From an uncultured bacterium (lineage in GTDB: Bacteria; Patescibacteriota; Microgenomatia; UBA1400; MFAQ01), in the NCBI GenBank assembly GCA_963980225.1, contig CAXBYW010000005.1, forward strand, positions 1,235 through 65,234: DNA of 64,000 nucleotides. The letters are read 5' to 3'. A program made the translations under genes and the position numbers. Positions within the stretch are counted from its first letter, which is position 1. Each line of letters begins with the position of its first letter. The notes below the pieces were generated by a model. That model was not told the DNA's origin. It saw only the letters and a program-made list of their open reading frames with translations, and made no database searches. This document shows positions 28,963 to 37,830 of this stretch, one piece after another.

Positions 28963-30190
28963 TTAACAATTTCACCAACTCATCCACGGTTACAACTTTT
29001 GTTTCATCTTCATCTCTTCTTTTTATCTCCACCCCACCTTCATCTAAACTTCTTTTACTTACTACCACTCTTAGTGGGCAACCGATAAGGTCTGCATCGG
29101 CAAATTTTCTTCCAGCAGACACACCTCGATCATCCCAGAGGACTTCATTGGTTTCAGAAAGCTGTTTATATAATTTCTCACCCATCTCACCCATGTCTTC
29201 TCCTAAGCTGATTAACTGAACTCCAAATGGAGCAACTGACTTAGGCCATAAAATCCCTTTGTCATCATTGCATTTTTCAACCAACACTCCCATGGTTCGG
29301 CTTATTCCAATTCCATAACAGCCCATGACTGGAGATTTTCTTTTTCCATCTTCACCGGTGTACTGTAAGTCAAAATCTTTTGCATACTTAAGACCCAAGT
29401 CAAACACATTTCCAACTTCTGCTGCTCTTGCTTCCAAAAGTTTTTCACTCTTACAGCTACTGCAGGTTTCACCAACCTTAACCTTAGCAATCTCGCTATT
29501 TATACAAAATTCGCAACTAGGGCAGTACAAAATGTCATCCTCACCAGCATCCGTTATAACCATAAACTCGTAAGAAATCTTCTCTGTGAAACTACCACCA
29601 GAAGCCTCAGTTACCTTAGCTACTAATCCTAGTCGCTTGTACACCTTTATGTAGGCCTGTCTGACTTTCTTGTAGTAATCCTCAAAGTCTTCTTCTGTTT
29701 CATGCCAAGAATACATATCCTTCATCAAGAACTCTCTGCCCCTTAGAATACCGGACCTAGACCTTAACTCATCTCTAAACTTCCACTGTATATGGTAAAC
29801 ACTAGCTGGTAGATCACGATATGACTGGATAAACTCTTTCATTAAAGGAGTTACTACTTCTTCTTGGCTCTGTCCTAAGGCATAGTCTTTTTCTGTTCTA
29901 CTTTTTACTTTAAATAAGACATCAATGCCATCCCAACCACCGGTCTTCTTCCAGTTTTCTGCTGGGTGAAGCATAGGCATCAACACTTCTTGCCCACCTA
30001 TTTTATCCATCTCCTCACGCACTATCTGACTTATCTTGTTTAAAACTTTTAACCCTAAAGGTAGGTAAGTGTAAGCTCCTGCCATTAACTGACGCACAAA
30101 ACCAGCCTGCACCAACAGTCTATGGTTAGTGGTATCTGCATCTTTTGGAGCGTCTTTTAGAGGCTCAACTATCGTCTTACTCATCTTCAT
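28955..30190 (-). CDS. proS: Proline--tRNA ligase (no editing insertion)
   Basis: KFRDELR, EVGNVF, MGCYGIGISR. Confidence 0.95.
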   Translation of the reverse strand: MKMSKTIVEPLKDAPKDADTTNHRLLVQAGFVRQLMAGAYTYLPLGLKVLNKISQIVREEMDKIGGQEVLMPMLHPAENWKKTGGWDGIDVLFKVKSRTEKDYALGQSQEEVVTPLMKEFIQSYRDLPASVYHIQWKFRDELRSRSGILRGREFLMKDMYSWHETEEDFEDYYKKVRQAYIKVYKRLGLVAKVTEASGGSFTEKISYEFMVITDAGEDDILYCPSCEFCINSEIAKVKVGETCSSCKSEKLLEARAAEVGNVFDLGLKYAKDFDLQYTGEDGKRKSPVMGCYGIGISRTMGVLVEKCNDDKGILWPKSVAPFGVQLISLGEDMGEMGEKLYKQLSETNEVLWDDRGVSAGRKFADADLIGCPLRVVVSKRSLDEGGVEIKRRDEDETKVVTVDELVKLLND

Positions 30191-30214
30191 ACCTTGTTAT
30201 TATACAATGTCTAT

Positions 30215-31258
30215 ATGGTAAGAATTGGCATAATTGGTACGGGCTTTGGGGTTAGAAGCATGATTCCCACATTTAAAGAAATAAAAGGCTGTAAAGTCAT
30301 AGCTCTAGCTGGTAGGGACCTAGGTAGAACAAAAGAAATTACCAAAAAACACAATATCGAGTTTGCCTACGACAACTACCAAGACTTGATTAAAAATAAA
30401 GAAGTGGACTTAGTCTGTAATCCAACACCAAGCGATCTCCATCTAGAAATAGCTTTACTGGCCATAAAAAATAAAAAACACTTATTACAAGAAAAGCCCG
30501 CTGGACTAAACTCCAACCAAATAAAGAAACTCATCAAGGCAGCTAAAAAGACCAAAAAATTCATTGCTGTAAATCACGCCGCAAGGTTTAATCCTGTTAC
30601 TTTAAAAATTAAAAAGTTAATAGATACCGGTGTCTTAGGTAAGGTAACTTCAATATCAATCGATCACCACACTAACTACGGCAGCTTCAAGGGGGCTACT
30701 TACACCTGGTGGGATGACCACAAAAAGTCAGGTGGACAAACAGTCTTAGGCTACGGTACCCACTTTATCGATCTTGCAAGATACCTGACAGGTTTCCCCA
30801 AACTTGAAAAAGGTTTCTTACACGATCAAATAATAAGTGAGTCTCAGCCAGATAAGTTAACCGGTAAACTAAAAAAAGTTACTTCTCCAGATCAGTTTAG
30901 AGCCAACATCAAGCTTGCTGGCTCAATCAATCTTTCTCTCTCTACTACTCTCTATTCTTTTGGTTACAAAAATTTTGATCTAAAAATTCTAGGTACCAAG
31001 GGTGTCGTCTTCTACTCCGACTTAGATGGTCTACAACTCTCCACCGACAATAATCAGTTACTTCAAAAAGTTGTAATCAAAGACCCTCTGTCAAATATTA
31101 ACGTAGGTAACTCATTTGTCTCCAAGTCATTTAAGTTTCTAGCCAAAGATTTGATTAGTTATCTAAATGGTGAGACTAAAGACTTTAAATACTGTACCCT
31201 TAAACAAGCTTTAGAAAACCAACAGGTCTTGGAAAAAATAGGAGCCAAAAAACTTTAA
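30215..31258 (+). CDS. Gfo/Idh/MocA oxidoreductase
   Basis: GIIGTGFG, EKP, GTHFID. Confidence 0.9.
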   Translation: MVRIGIIGTGFGVRSMIPTFKEIKGCKVIALAGRDLGRTKEITKKHNIEFAYDNYQDLIKNKEVDLVCNPTPSDLHLEIALLAIKNKKHLLQEKPAGLNSNQIKKLIKAAKKTKKFIAVNHAARFNPVTLKIKKLIDTGVLGKVTSISIDHHTNYGSFKGATYTWWDDHKKSGGQTVLGYGTHFIDLARYLTGFPKLEKGFLHDQIISESQPDKLTGKLKKVTSPDQFRANIKLAGSINLSLSTTLYSFGYKNFDLKILGTKGVVFYSDLDGLQLSTDNNQLLQKVVIKDPLSNINVGNSFVSKSFKFLAKDLISYLNGETKDFKYCTLKQALENQQVLEKIGAKKL

Positions 31259-31260
31259 TT

Positions 31261-32079
31261 ATGAAAATCACCAAAGCATCCGGGCAGGCAGAAGAATTTA
31301 GCGCAAAGAAACTAACAAACTCACTTACATCCATAGGTGTCTCACAAGATGTAACAAAACAAGCTCTCCAGTTGGTTAAAGATAATCTCTCATCTGATAC
31401 CGACACTCACAAGGTTCACAATATAGTTTCCCAGTACTTAAGTCAGCACTCTCATCCTCTTCAGCGACTAAACTACAACTTAAAAAGGGCCATTTTTAAA
31501 TTAGGGCCTACAGGTTACCCTTTTGAGCACTTTATGGCTAAAATCCTGCGAGAATTTGGCTATCAAGCAAAGGTAGGGGCCATATTAAACGGTAAGTGTG
31601 TTGCCCATGAAATAGACATAGTTGCCAAAAAAGACAATCAAGTCTTCTATATAGAATGTAAGTTCCACAACAGACCAGGTCTAAAGACCGACATCCAGAC
31701 AGCTCTATATACCCAAGCAAGGTTTGAGGACGTATCAGGTGCTGCCAACAGTCCTAACCTAGACCATCACTCTTGGTTAATGACCAACACCAAGACTACA
31801 ACGGACGCCAACTCGTACGCCAAATGCCAAAACATGAAACTTACCTCTTGGAGCTATCCCAAAAAAGAAAGCTTGTTCCACTTGGTAGTTGGCTCTAAGT
31901 TGCATCCAATTACCGCCATCAACTCACTTTTACCTGACCAGGTAGAGACGTTACTAAAACAAAACATCATTACTCTAAAAGATCTAAGCCATCAACTAAA
32001 AAACAACCGACTGGCATACTTACTATCAAAAGAAGAAATAAAAAAGATCAAAGAAGAGATTACCGCCATCTATTCATGA
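31261..32079 (+). CDS. ATP-cone + Mrr-type restriction endonuclease-like protein
   Basis: ITKASGQAEEFSAKKL; GYPFE, HEIDIVA, IECKFH. Confidence 0.85.
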   Translation: MKITKASGQAEEFSAKKLTNSLTSIGVSQDVTKQALQLVKDNLSSDTDTHKVHNIVSQYLSQHSHPLQRLNYNLKRAIFKLGPTGYPFEHFMAKILREFGYQAKVGAILNGKCVAHEIDIVAKKDNQVFYIECKFHNRPGLKTDIQTALYTQARFEDVSGAANSPNLDHHSWLMTNTKTTTDANSYAKCQNMKLTSWSYPKKESLFHLVVGSKLHPITAINSLLPDQVETLLKQNIITLKDLSHQLKNNRLAYLLSKEEIKKIKEEITAIYS

Positions 32080-32762
32080 ATCCAAATGAAGGTATTTTCC
32101 TAATCGACAAACCAACAGGTCTAACCAGCCACGACGTAGTAGATATAGTAAGAAAGAAGCTTGCCGTTCAAAGAGTCGGCCACACCGGCACGCTCGATCC
32201 ACTAGCCACAGGTCTTTTAATTATCTTGGTCGGCAGACAGCACACCAAAAGACAAGATGAATTCTTAAAGCAAGACAAACAGTACCAGGTAACCATTAAG
32301 TTGGGAGTAGAGACGGACTCTTATGACTCGGATGGTCAGATGGTAAAGACAGCTCCGTTGTCTATCCTTAAAAAAATAACTAAGCAAGATGTATTGCTTG
32401 CCTTAAAAAAATTCGAAGGTGAGATAGACCAAACAGTTCCCTCATTTTCAGCCGTTAAGATAAAGGGTAAAAAGCTCTACCAACTTGCTAGGCAAAAAAA
32501 GACAATAGCTAAGTTACCTGTAAGAACAGTAACAATCACCAGATTAGAACTTCTCTCCTTTGATGACAAGACACACGAGGTTGAGTTATTAGTAGACTGC
32601 ACCTCCGGTACATACATTCGCTCTCTAGCTCATGATCTAGGTAATGCTTTAGGGGTTGGTGGTCACGTCACCAAATTAAGAAGGACAAAAATTGGCCAGC
32701 TTTCTGTTAAACAAGCCACTTCCCCTCAAGACATCTCAAAGACTTCTAGTATTGAGATATAA
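32076..32762 (+). CDS. truB: tRNA pseudouridine(55) synthase
   Basis: GHTGTLDPLATG, SGTYIRSL. Confidence 0.97.
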   Translation: MNPNEGIFLIDKPTGLTSHDVVDIVRKKLAVQRVGHTGTLDPLATGLLIILVGRQHTKRQDEFLKQDKQYQVTIKLGVETDSYDSDGQMVKTAPLSILKKITKQDVLLALKKFEGEIDQTVPSFSAVKIKGKKLYQLARQKKTIAKLPVRTVTITRLELLSFDDKTHEVELLVDCTSGTYIRSLAHDLGNALGVGGHVTKLRRTKIGQLSVKQATSPQDISKTSSIEI

Positions 32763-32880
32763 AACTTACAGGATATTACAAGATAAGGTATAATCATTTT
32801 TCCCTAACAAACAACTTAAGATTGCACATTGTCAGTTTTTTAAAGTAAGTTCAAAATAGACTCAAAAAAGGAGATGCATC

Positions 32881-33330
32881 ATGTTTACTGTTCGAGGCTT
32901 ATTACAGGAAAAGACGAATAAAGAGTTATTCTCTATCGGTCCAAGAGCGAGGGTTTCTACAGCCAACAACTTGATGAGAAGAAAAAAGATTGGTTCGTTG
33001 CTGGTCATAGAAAAAAACAAATTAGTGGGCATTATGACAATACGTGATTCATTCTTAAAAATAAATCATGATGTGCAAGCAGCCAAAGACACTCTGGTCA
33101 GAGAGGTGATGACACCAAAAGAAGAAGTCATCAGTGTTACCTCTTTTGCAAATATGAATGACTGCCTAGCAGTAATGGATCATCACACGATCCAACATCT
33201 GTTGGTTATAGAAGATGGGGAAGAAGAAGTCATTGGTATAGTTTCAATTAGAGATGTTGCTCGCAGCATTTCTGCCCATCAAGATTATCTTGCGGGGGAA
33301 ATGGGAAACTATAATCTATCAAGGACTTAA
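32881..33330 (+). CDS. CBS-pair protein
   Basis: IGSLLV..LVGIMTIRD, VREVMT, IGIVSIRDV; AAGGAG SD. Confidence 0.9.
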   Translation: MFTVRGLLQEKTNKELFSIGPRARVSTANNLMRRKKIGSLLVIEKNKLVGIMTIRDSFLKINHDVQAAKDTLVREVMTPKEEVISVTSFANMNDCLAVMDHHTIQHLLVIEDGEEEVIGIVSIRDVARSISAHQDYLAGEMGNYNLSRT

Positions 33331-33360
33331 AAAAACTACTACAACAACTACATCACAACT

Positions 33361-33393
33361 AAAGGTTGGCCTTATTCAAAGGTCAACCTTTTT
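33361..33393 (+). terminator. Intrinsic terminator after the CBS gene
   Basis: AAAGGTTGGCCTT...AAGGTCAACCTTTTT. Confidence 0.75.
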
Positions 33394-33548
33394 TACTGGT
33401 TTTCTCCTAAATCTATCAAAAACAGCTAATTTGTAGTAGAATACACCTAGCTTAAAGAACAGGTTCGGTCAAAGATTTTCTTTTCACCCTCATTGTTTCA
33501 GAAAGCAATTATTATTAAGGCCCGGATATTCTGGGTAGAAAGATTAGT

Positions 33549-33869
33549 ATGGATGCTCAAAATCCAAAAAAATTATATATAGGCAACCTGCCTTACAGTG
33601 TCACAGAAGATCAGCTTCGTGATCTATTTTCCCAGTTTGGGGAAATCGTAGATCTTAAGCTCATCACAGACAAAATGTCTGGACGCTCAAGAGGTATCGC
33701 CTTTGTAGAGTACACATCCGAAGAGGATGCTAATAAAGCTATAGAAGCTACTAACAACACCGAGCTAGAAGGTAGAGCAATCGTGGTAAACGTTGCCAGA
33801 CCTCCTAAGCCAAGAGGTGAAGGTGGTTTCGGTGGTGGAAACCGCGGTGGCGGTGGCTACGGCAGATAA
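33549..33869 (+). CDS. RRM RNA-binding protein with Gly-rich tail
   Basis: RNP2 LYIGNL, RNP1 RGIAFVEY. Confidence 0.95.
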   Translation: MDAQNPKKLYIGNLPYSVTEDQLRDLFSQFGEIVDLKLITDKMSGRSRGIAFVEYTSEEDANKAIEATNNTELEGRAIVVNVARPPKPRGEGGFGGGNRGGGGYGR

Positions 33870-33885
33870 GCTTTAGCTTTAACTT

Positions 33886-33939
33886 AAAACCCCTAGAAGG
33901 GATTATCCTAAAAACATAGTCTTTTTCTAGGGGTTTTTT
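33886..33939. terminator. Probable bidirectional terminator
   Basis: AAAACCCCTAGAA...TTCTAGGGGTTTTTT between convergent genes. Confidence 0.7.
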
Positions 33940-33970
33940 GTATTAATTGCCAAATTTTCTACTCTTGGGA

Positions 33971-34804
33971 TTAAGGTCTAGTCAGCTCAGATAACTCACG
34001 ATTAGTTAATTGTTTTTTAAACCAACCCTTTGAGACGTTCATATAGCTTAATAAACCTAACTCATTAAATTTATTTAGTCTTTGAAAACCAGTTTTCTCG
34101 TCAACAGGGAACAAAGATACTTTTTTAGATATTTCTTGTACAAGTTTCAATTGTTGTTTGTTTGCATTAACCTCTTGTCTTAAAACTGCTTTCCACACTG
34201 ATATACTACCCGGCTTGTCGGCAGTATCATTTTCCAGATCGTTAACGCTTTTTGAACTAATAGGTCCAAACTTATTTCTATTTTCCCAAAAACTATCCTC
34301 TTCTATATCAGGATCATTGTAATGACCTTGCTCATGCAGTAAAGCAGACAGATCATCAGCGTTCCTAAGTGAAGTAATAATTATATTCTCAACTCCAACC
34401 ATCGATGTGCCAAATTGTCTCCTTATCTCATTATTAAGTTTATGCTTCTTTTTAGCCATATCCAGCTCCATAATTGACACGCTTTCTTTGGTACCAAGAA
34501 CAAGAGGTCTAACCTCAAAATAAATGTCTGTAAAATGATCTAAAATATCTACATCATTTATTTTTAAAGAAGTAAGTTTCAACGCTTTCACACTATTTTT
34601 TCCTTTATCAATTTTCTTAGGAGACAGCAGCTCAATTTTCATCTGTTGTCCACCTTCCATTACCCCTTCTGTTAATACTGAGCTTACTCTATATCCATTT
34701 TCAATCCTTTTGACTTTTGATTCTTTCCCAAAAATTTCCTTGATTCTTGGAACATCTAAAGGGACTATTCTAAAGTCACGTTCTTGTTGTCCTCCTGCTT
34801 CCAT
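33971..34804 (-). CDS. Hypothetical protein with HExxH motif
   Basis: ALLHEQGH plus downstream E (RQEVNA); start moved to ATG 34804. Confidence 0.65.
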   Translation of the reverse strand: MEAGGQQERDFRIVPLDVPRIKEIFGKESKVKRIENGYRVSSVLTEGVMEGGQQMKIELLSPKKIDKGKNSVKALKLTSLKINDVDILDHFTDIYFEVRPLVLGTKESVSIMELDMAKKKHKLNNEIRRQFGTSMVGVENIIITSLRNADDLSALLHEQGHYNDPDIEEDSFWENRNKFGPISSKSVNDLENDTADKPGSISVWKAVLRQEVNANKQQLKLVQEISKKVSLFPVDEKTGFQRLNKFNELGLLSYMNVSKGWFKKQLTNRELSELTRP

Positions 34805-34933
34805 ATAGTCAAGTTTAACAAGTTTTAGAAGTAAGTTCCAACAAGGGTGGAAACTCAGTCTAAAGGCACTTTGCAACTTAGATGGTGTAAAATATGTCAT
34901 TATTAAGCTTGGTGAAGACAAATAGTAAAAAGG

Positions 34934-35200
34934 ATGGACAAAGAAAAGACAATCAATTTCGAAAGTATTAGCAGGAAAGAAAAGATTACGATAATTACTG
35001 AGATACTGGATGATTATTTGACACCAGCAAGGGCGGCTTCTAAAAATATAGAAGAAAATTGGCCAGAATGGAAAAGAGAATATGCAGAACAAAAACGCAA
35101 TGAATATAGAGGGGGCTCTGTATTGAATTTGACCCCAGAAGAAAAAGGTGACCTGAAGGTGGCTCTTTTTGACATACTCTTATTATCAGATTTTACATAA
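34934..35200 (+). CDS. Hypothetical protein (88 aa)
   Basis: ATG after AAAAGG; natural amino-acid composition. Confidence 0.6.
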   Translation: MDKEKTINFESISRKEKITIITEILDDYLTPARAASKNIEENWPEWKREYAEQKRNEYRGGSVLNLTPEEKGDLKVALFDILLLSDFT

Positions 35201-35236
35201 ACCTCACACATAAGATGTTGATGTGTATGTCAACCT

Positions 35237-35346
35237 GATCATTTGTGACCCTAGACCTTCTGCAACCGAACCAAGTTATTTCAAACCTAGTTGACTTGAT
35301 TCACACCTTCTTGCCCGACACCCAGCAGCTTGCATTTGCTACCTAA
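35237..35346 (+). repeat. att-like site 1 with in-frame 33-codon tail
   Basis: GATCA-TTTG-TGACC; GTGACCC..CCGAACCAAGT; encodes VTLDLLQPNQVISNLVDL... Confidence 0.6.
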
Positions 35347-35396
35347 AGATACTCCAGTAAAGGTAATTGAACCTGAGTAATGATAAAATAATTGGC

Positions 35397-35915
35397 ATGT
35401 CAGATGAGTTAATTGATCAGGTTGACGAGAACGATGAAATAATAGGATCTATTTTCAAGAGTCAAGCCCATCAGAACCCATCGCTTATCCATAGAGAAGT
35501 GGCGATTGTTGTTTTCAATAAAAAAGGAGAGGTACTACTCCAACAAAGAAGTATGAAAAAAATGAACGACCCTGGTCACTGGAAAATGACAGCCGCAGGG
35601 CATATTGGGGCAGGTGAAGATCCAGAAGAAGCCATCAAGAGAGAAGTGGAAGAAGAACTGGGTATCAAAGTTGAGCCAACTTATTACAAAAAAGTATTTG
35701 AGAAATATAGAGACAAGGAAGCTCGGTTTTTTTGGATCTACTACACAGTCTTAAGTAAGGAACAACCATTGAAATTAGATAAAGAAGAAGTCATGGATGC
35801 CAAGTGGGTTAAATACTCTGGTCTTAAAGAGTTCTCGAAAAACAATAAATACCTCTTATCTAGTCCTTCACACACTAGAATTACTGAAGTAGCTGAAATA
35901 CTAGATTTCACTTGA
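35397..35915 (+). CDS. NUDIX hydrolase (Idi-like), cassette gene
   Basis: VDENDEIIG, HREV, LLQQRS, AAGHIGAGEDPEEAIKREVEEELG; TGaTAAAAT 7 nt before ATG. Confidence 0.9.
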   Translation: MSDELIDQVDENDEIIGSIFKSQAHQNPSLIHREVAIVVFNKKGEVLLQQRSMKKMNDPGHWKMTAAGHIGAGEDPEEAIKREVEEELGIKVEPTYYKKVFEKYRDKEARFFWIYYTVLSKEQPLKLDKEEVMDAKWVKYSGLKEFSKNNKYLLSSPSHTRITEVAEILDFT

Positions 35916-36070
35916 AACCAAATAAAACCTCGATACATAGGTTAAATGTGACCCATACAGGTCCGTCTTCAAACCAAGTATGGCTAGAGCTTAGTAAGTT
36001 ATACCGTGATCTCGAACAGGCACAAAAGAATACATTGAACCATCTCCCATTAAGGCATGGAACATCGTAA
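35916..36070 (+). repeat. att-like site 2 with in-frame 40-codon tail
   Basis: AACCAAATAAAACCTCGATACATAGGTTAAAT-GTGACCCA..TCAAACCAAGT; encodes VTHTGPSSNQVWLELSKL... Confidence 0.7.
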
Positions 36071-36097
36071 CAAGAAGGTGATGATAAAATATAAAGC

Positions 36098-36631
36098 ATG
36101 AGTAAGTTTGTAGTCACTTTCGCTGGTCCAGTAGGTAGTTCTAAAACACCAATTGCACATCATCTTAGTTATACTTTTAATCTACCAATTTTTAACAACG
36201 ATACTATTAGAACCGAAGTTGCGGAAGACCTTCTGCAGTTCGATAATGAAGAATTTAGGAAACGAGCCCGAAAAAGAATAAAAAATATTGTAGACAGAGA
36301 CCTTCCATTTATTTATGACGCAAGTGTCGATAGAACTTGGGAGGAAATAAAACAAATTTTAATAAATAATAACTACAGATGGTTTATTATTAACCTTGAC
36401 CTAAGTAAATCTTTTTTAGTTAAGTTGTATCAGGTGAAAAATTATGAAGATTCTCTTAGTGAAATAGATCGCTTCATTGCTGAGCATCATAAATTTCTCA
36501 AGAAACATAAAAATGACATTTCACTCAATATAAATGATCAAAATTTTTCAAATAGATTAAGTATTTCAGCAAGTAAGCTTGCAAAATGGTTAAAAAACCA
36601 AATAAATCCCGACACACCTGTTAAATTGTGA
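36098..36631 (+). CDS. P-loop kinase-like protein, cassette gene
   Basis: GPVGSSKT Walker A, NNDTIR, IYDAS; TGaTAAAAT 7 nt before ATG. Confidence 0.85.
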   Translation: MSKFVVTFAGPVGSSKTPIAHHLSYTFNLPIFNNDTIRTEVAEDLLQFDNEEFRKRARKRIKNIVDRDLPFIYDASVDRTWEEIKQILINNNYRWFIINLDLSKSFLVKLYQVKNYEDSLSEIDRFIAEHHKFLKKHKNDISLNINDQNFSNRLSISASKLAKWLKNQINPDTPVKL

Positions 36632-36759
36632 ACCACCCTTATTTTAATTCGAACGGAAGGAAGAATCAAACTCCGTTTATTTCGAACGAGGAAATAATGC
36701 AATTCCTGGTTGCAACCAGGCAAATACAAGATATTAAGGTAGAGCATAGCATAACTTAA
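36596..36759 (+). repeat. att-like site 3 with in-frame 43-codon tail
   Basis: AACCAAATAAATCCCGACACACCTGTTAAATT-GTGAACCA..TTCGAAC; encodes VNHPYFNSN... Confidence 0.7.
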
Positions 36760-36793
36760 TGACCACCGCTTTCTAAGTGGGTTATAATGAAGT

Positions 36794-37618
36794 ATGACAA
36801 AGAAGGAAGAGTTTGCATTGCTTTGCCGAGAATACTTTAAGGGTAAGGATTGCAAACTTGATAAATTGAATTCTACCAAGCTTCAGCCTTACTATTTTTG
36901 GAAAAACAAAGCAGATAACGTTTTCGAATATGTCCTCTTTGACTTAGATAAAAATGGAATATTTTATGATATTGAGTTTTATACTTCACCATACATAAAA
37001 ATTAGAAAAACAATTCATATCGACCACGCTGAAACTCCACTTTTTAGCTATTTTGAAATAACCTATCCGGACAAAAAATCCAAGATGTCATACGCAAATC
37101 TACTTAGAATAGGAGAAGAGACTGAGTTTTCAACAAAAGATTATTTTGAGTATTTCAAGTATGCATACGAAACTTGCAAGACAGATATCTTTGATAAAAA
37201 CCTTAAAGACTTGAAAAAGAAAAGAAATAATTATCGTGTCAACCTAGAAACAATGAACCGTATATGGGAAAAATACCAAGAGATTGGAGAACAACCCTTC
37301 GAAGATTTTATTTCAAGCAATACGGCTTTTTATATGGACAGTTTTGAATTTTTCAGAAAGGACAACCCACTCGATATCGAACTCGGTTTGCAAACTTTCA
37401 ACAGGCAGTTTTATACAAAAGCTTTTGCCAGCAAGCTTAAAGATGATTATGAATCAATGAGAAAATTTGTGTTTTATGCAATTCCTGAAATATATAAACA
37501 CTTCGAAGATTTTTGTTATCCTCATTATAAGAATGATAAGTTTGACACGGTACACCTAACAAAATTTCAGAGTACTGCAGTTGCCTACTTTGCAGAAAAA
37601 CGTTTGTTTTCGAAATAA
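36794..37618 (+). CDS. Hypothetical protein (F/Y/K-rich island cargo)
   Basis: 274-aa ORF; TATAAT 5 nt before ATG. Confidence 0.75.
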   Translation: MTKKEEFALLCREYFKGKDCKLDKLNSTKLQPYYFWKNKADNVFEYVLFDLDKNGIFYDIEFYTSPYIKIRKTIHIDHAETPLFSYFEITYPDKKSKMSYANLLRIGEETEFSTKDYFEYFKYAYETCKTDIFDKNLKDLKKKRNNYRVNLETMNRIWEKYQEIGEQPFEDFISSNTAFYMDSFEFFRKDNPLDIELGLQTFNRQFYTKAFASKLKDDYESMRKFVFYAIPEIYKHFEDFCYPHYKNDKFDTVHLTKFQSTAVAYFAEKRLFSK

Positions 37619-37830
37619 TCAAACATTACTATTGCCTAGAAATGTGTCGTTTGGATAGTAACTTGTCCCTCAAACTGTTTCTCTGGTATTTAGTCATGAT
37701 AGAAGTAGTTACTCCTTGTATTGTCTGGATTCACTCGGGGAGTGAAATATTGCCCTTGAAAGTAGTTGCTGGTAAAGTTTAATAACCCCAGCCTACTCCT
37801 TATAACTTTCAGATTGTATTTTAAACAATT

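Noticed and set aside
35245-36660. Classical integron attC sites
   Set aside because: No RYYYAAC...GTTRRRY hairpin spanning the sites and no IntI tyrosine recombinase in the window.
35908-36879. Minus-strand ORFs 35908-36117 and 36538-36879
   Set aside because: Antisense to the att-tail regions and cassette genes, with no motifs or start signals.
37612-37661. Fourth att-like site (AAAT-GTGTCG after the 36794 gene)
   Set aside because: Position fits, but the core lacks GTGA(C/A)CC, there is no downstream TCGAAC, and the frame stops after 4 codons; at best eroded.
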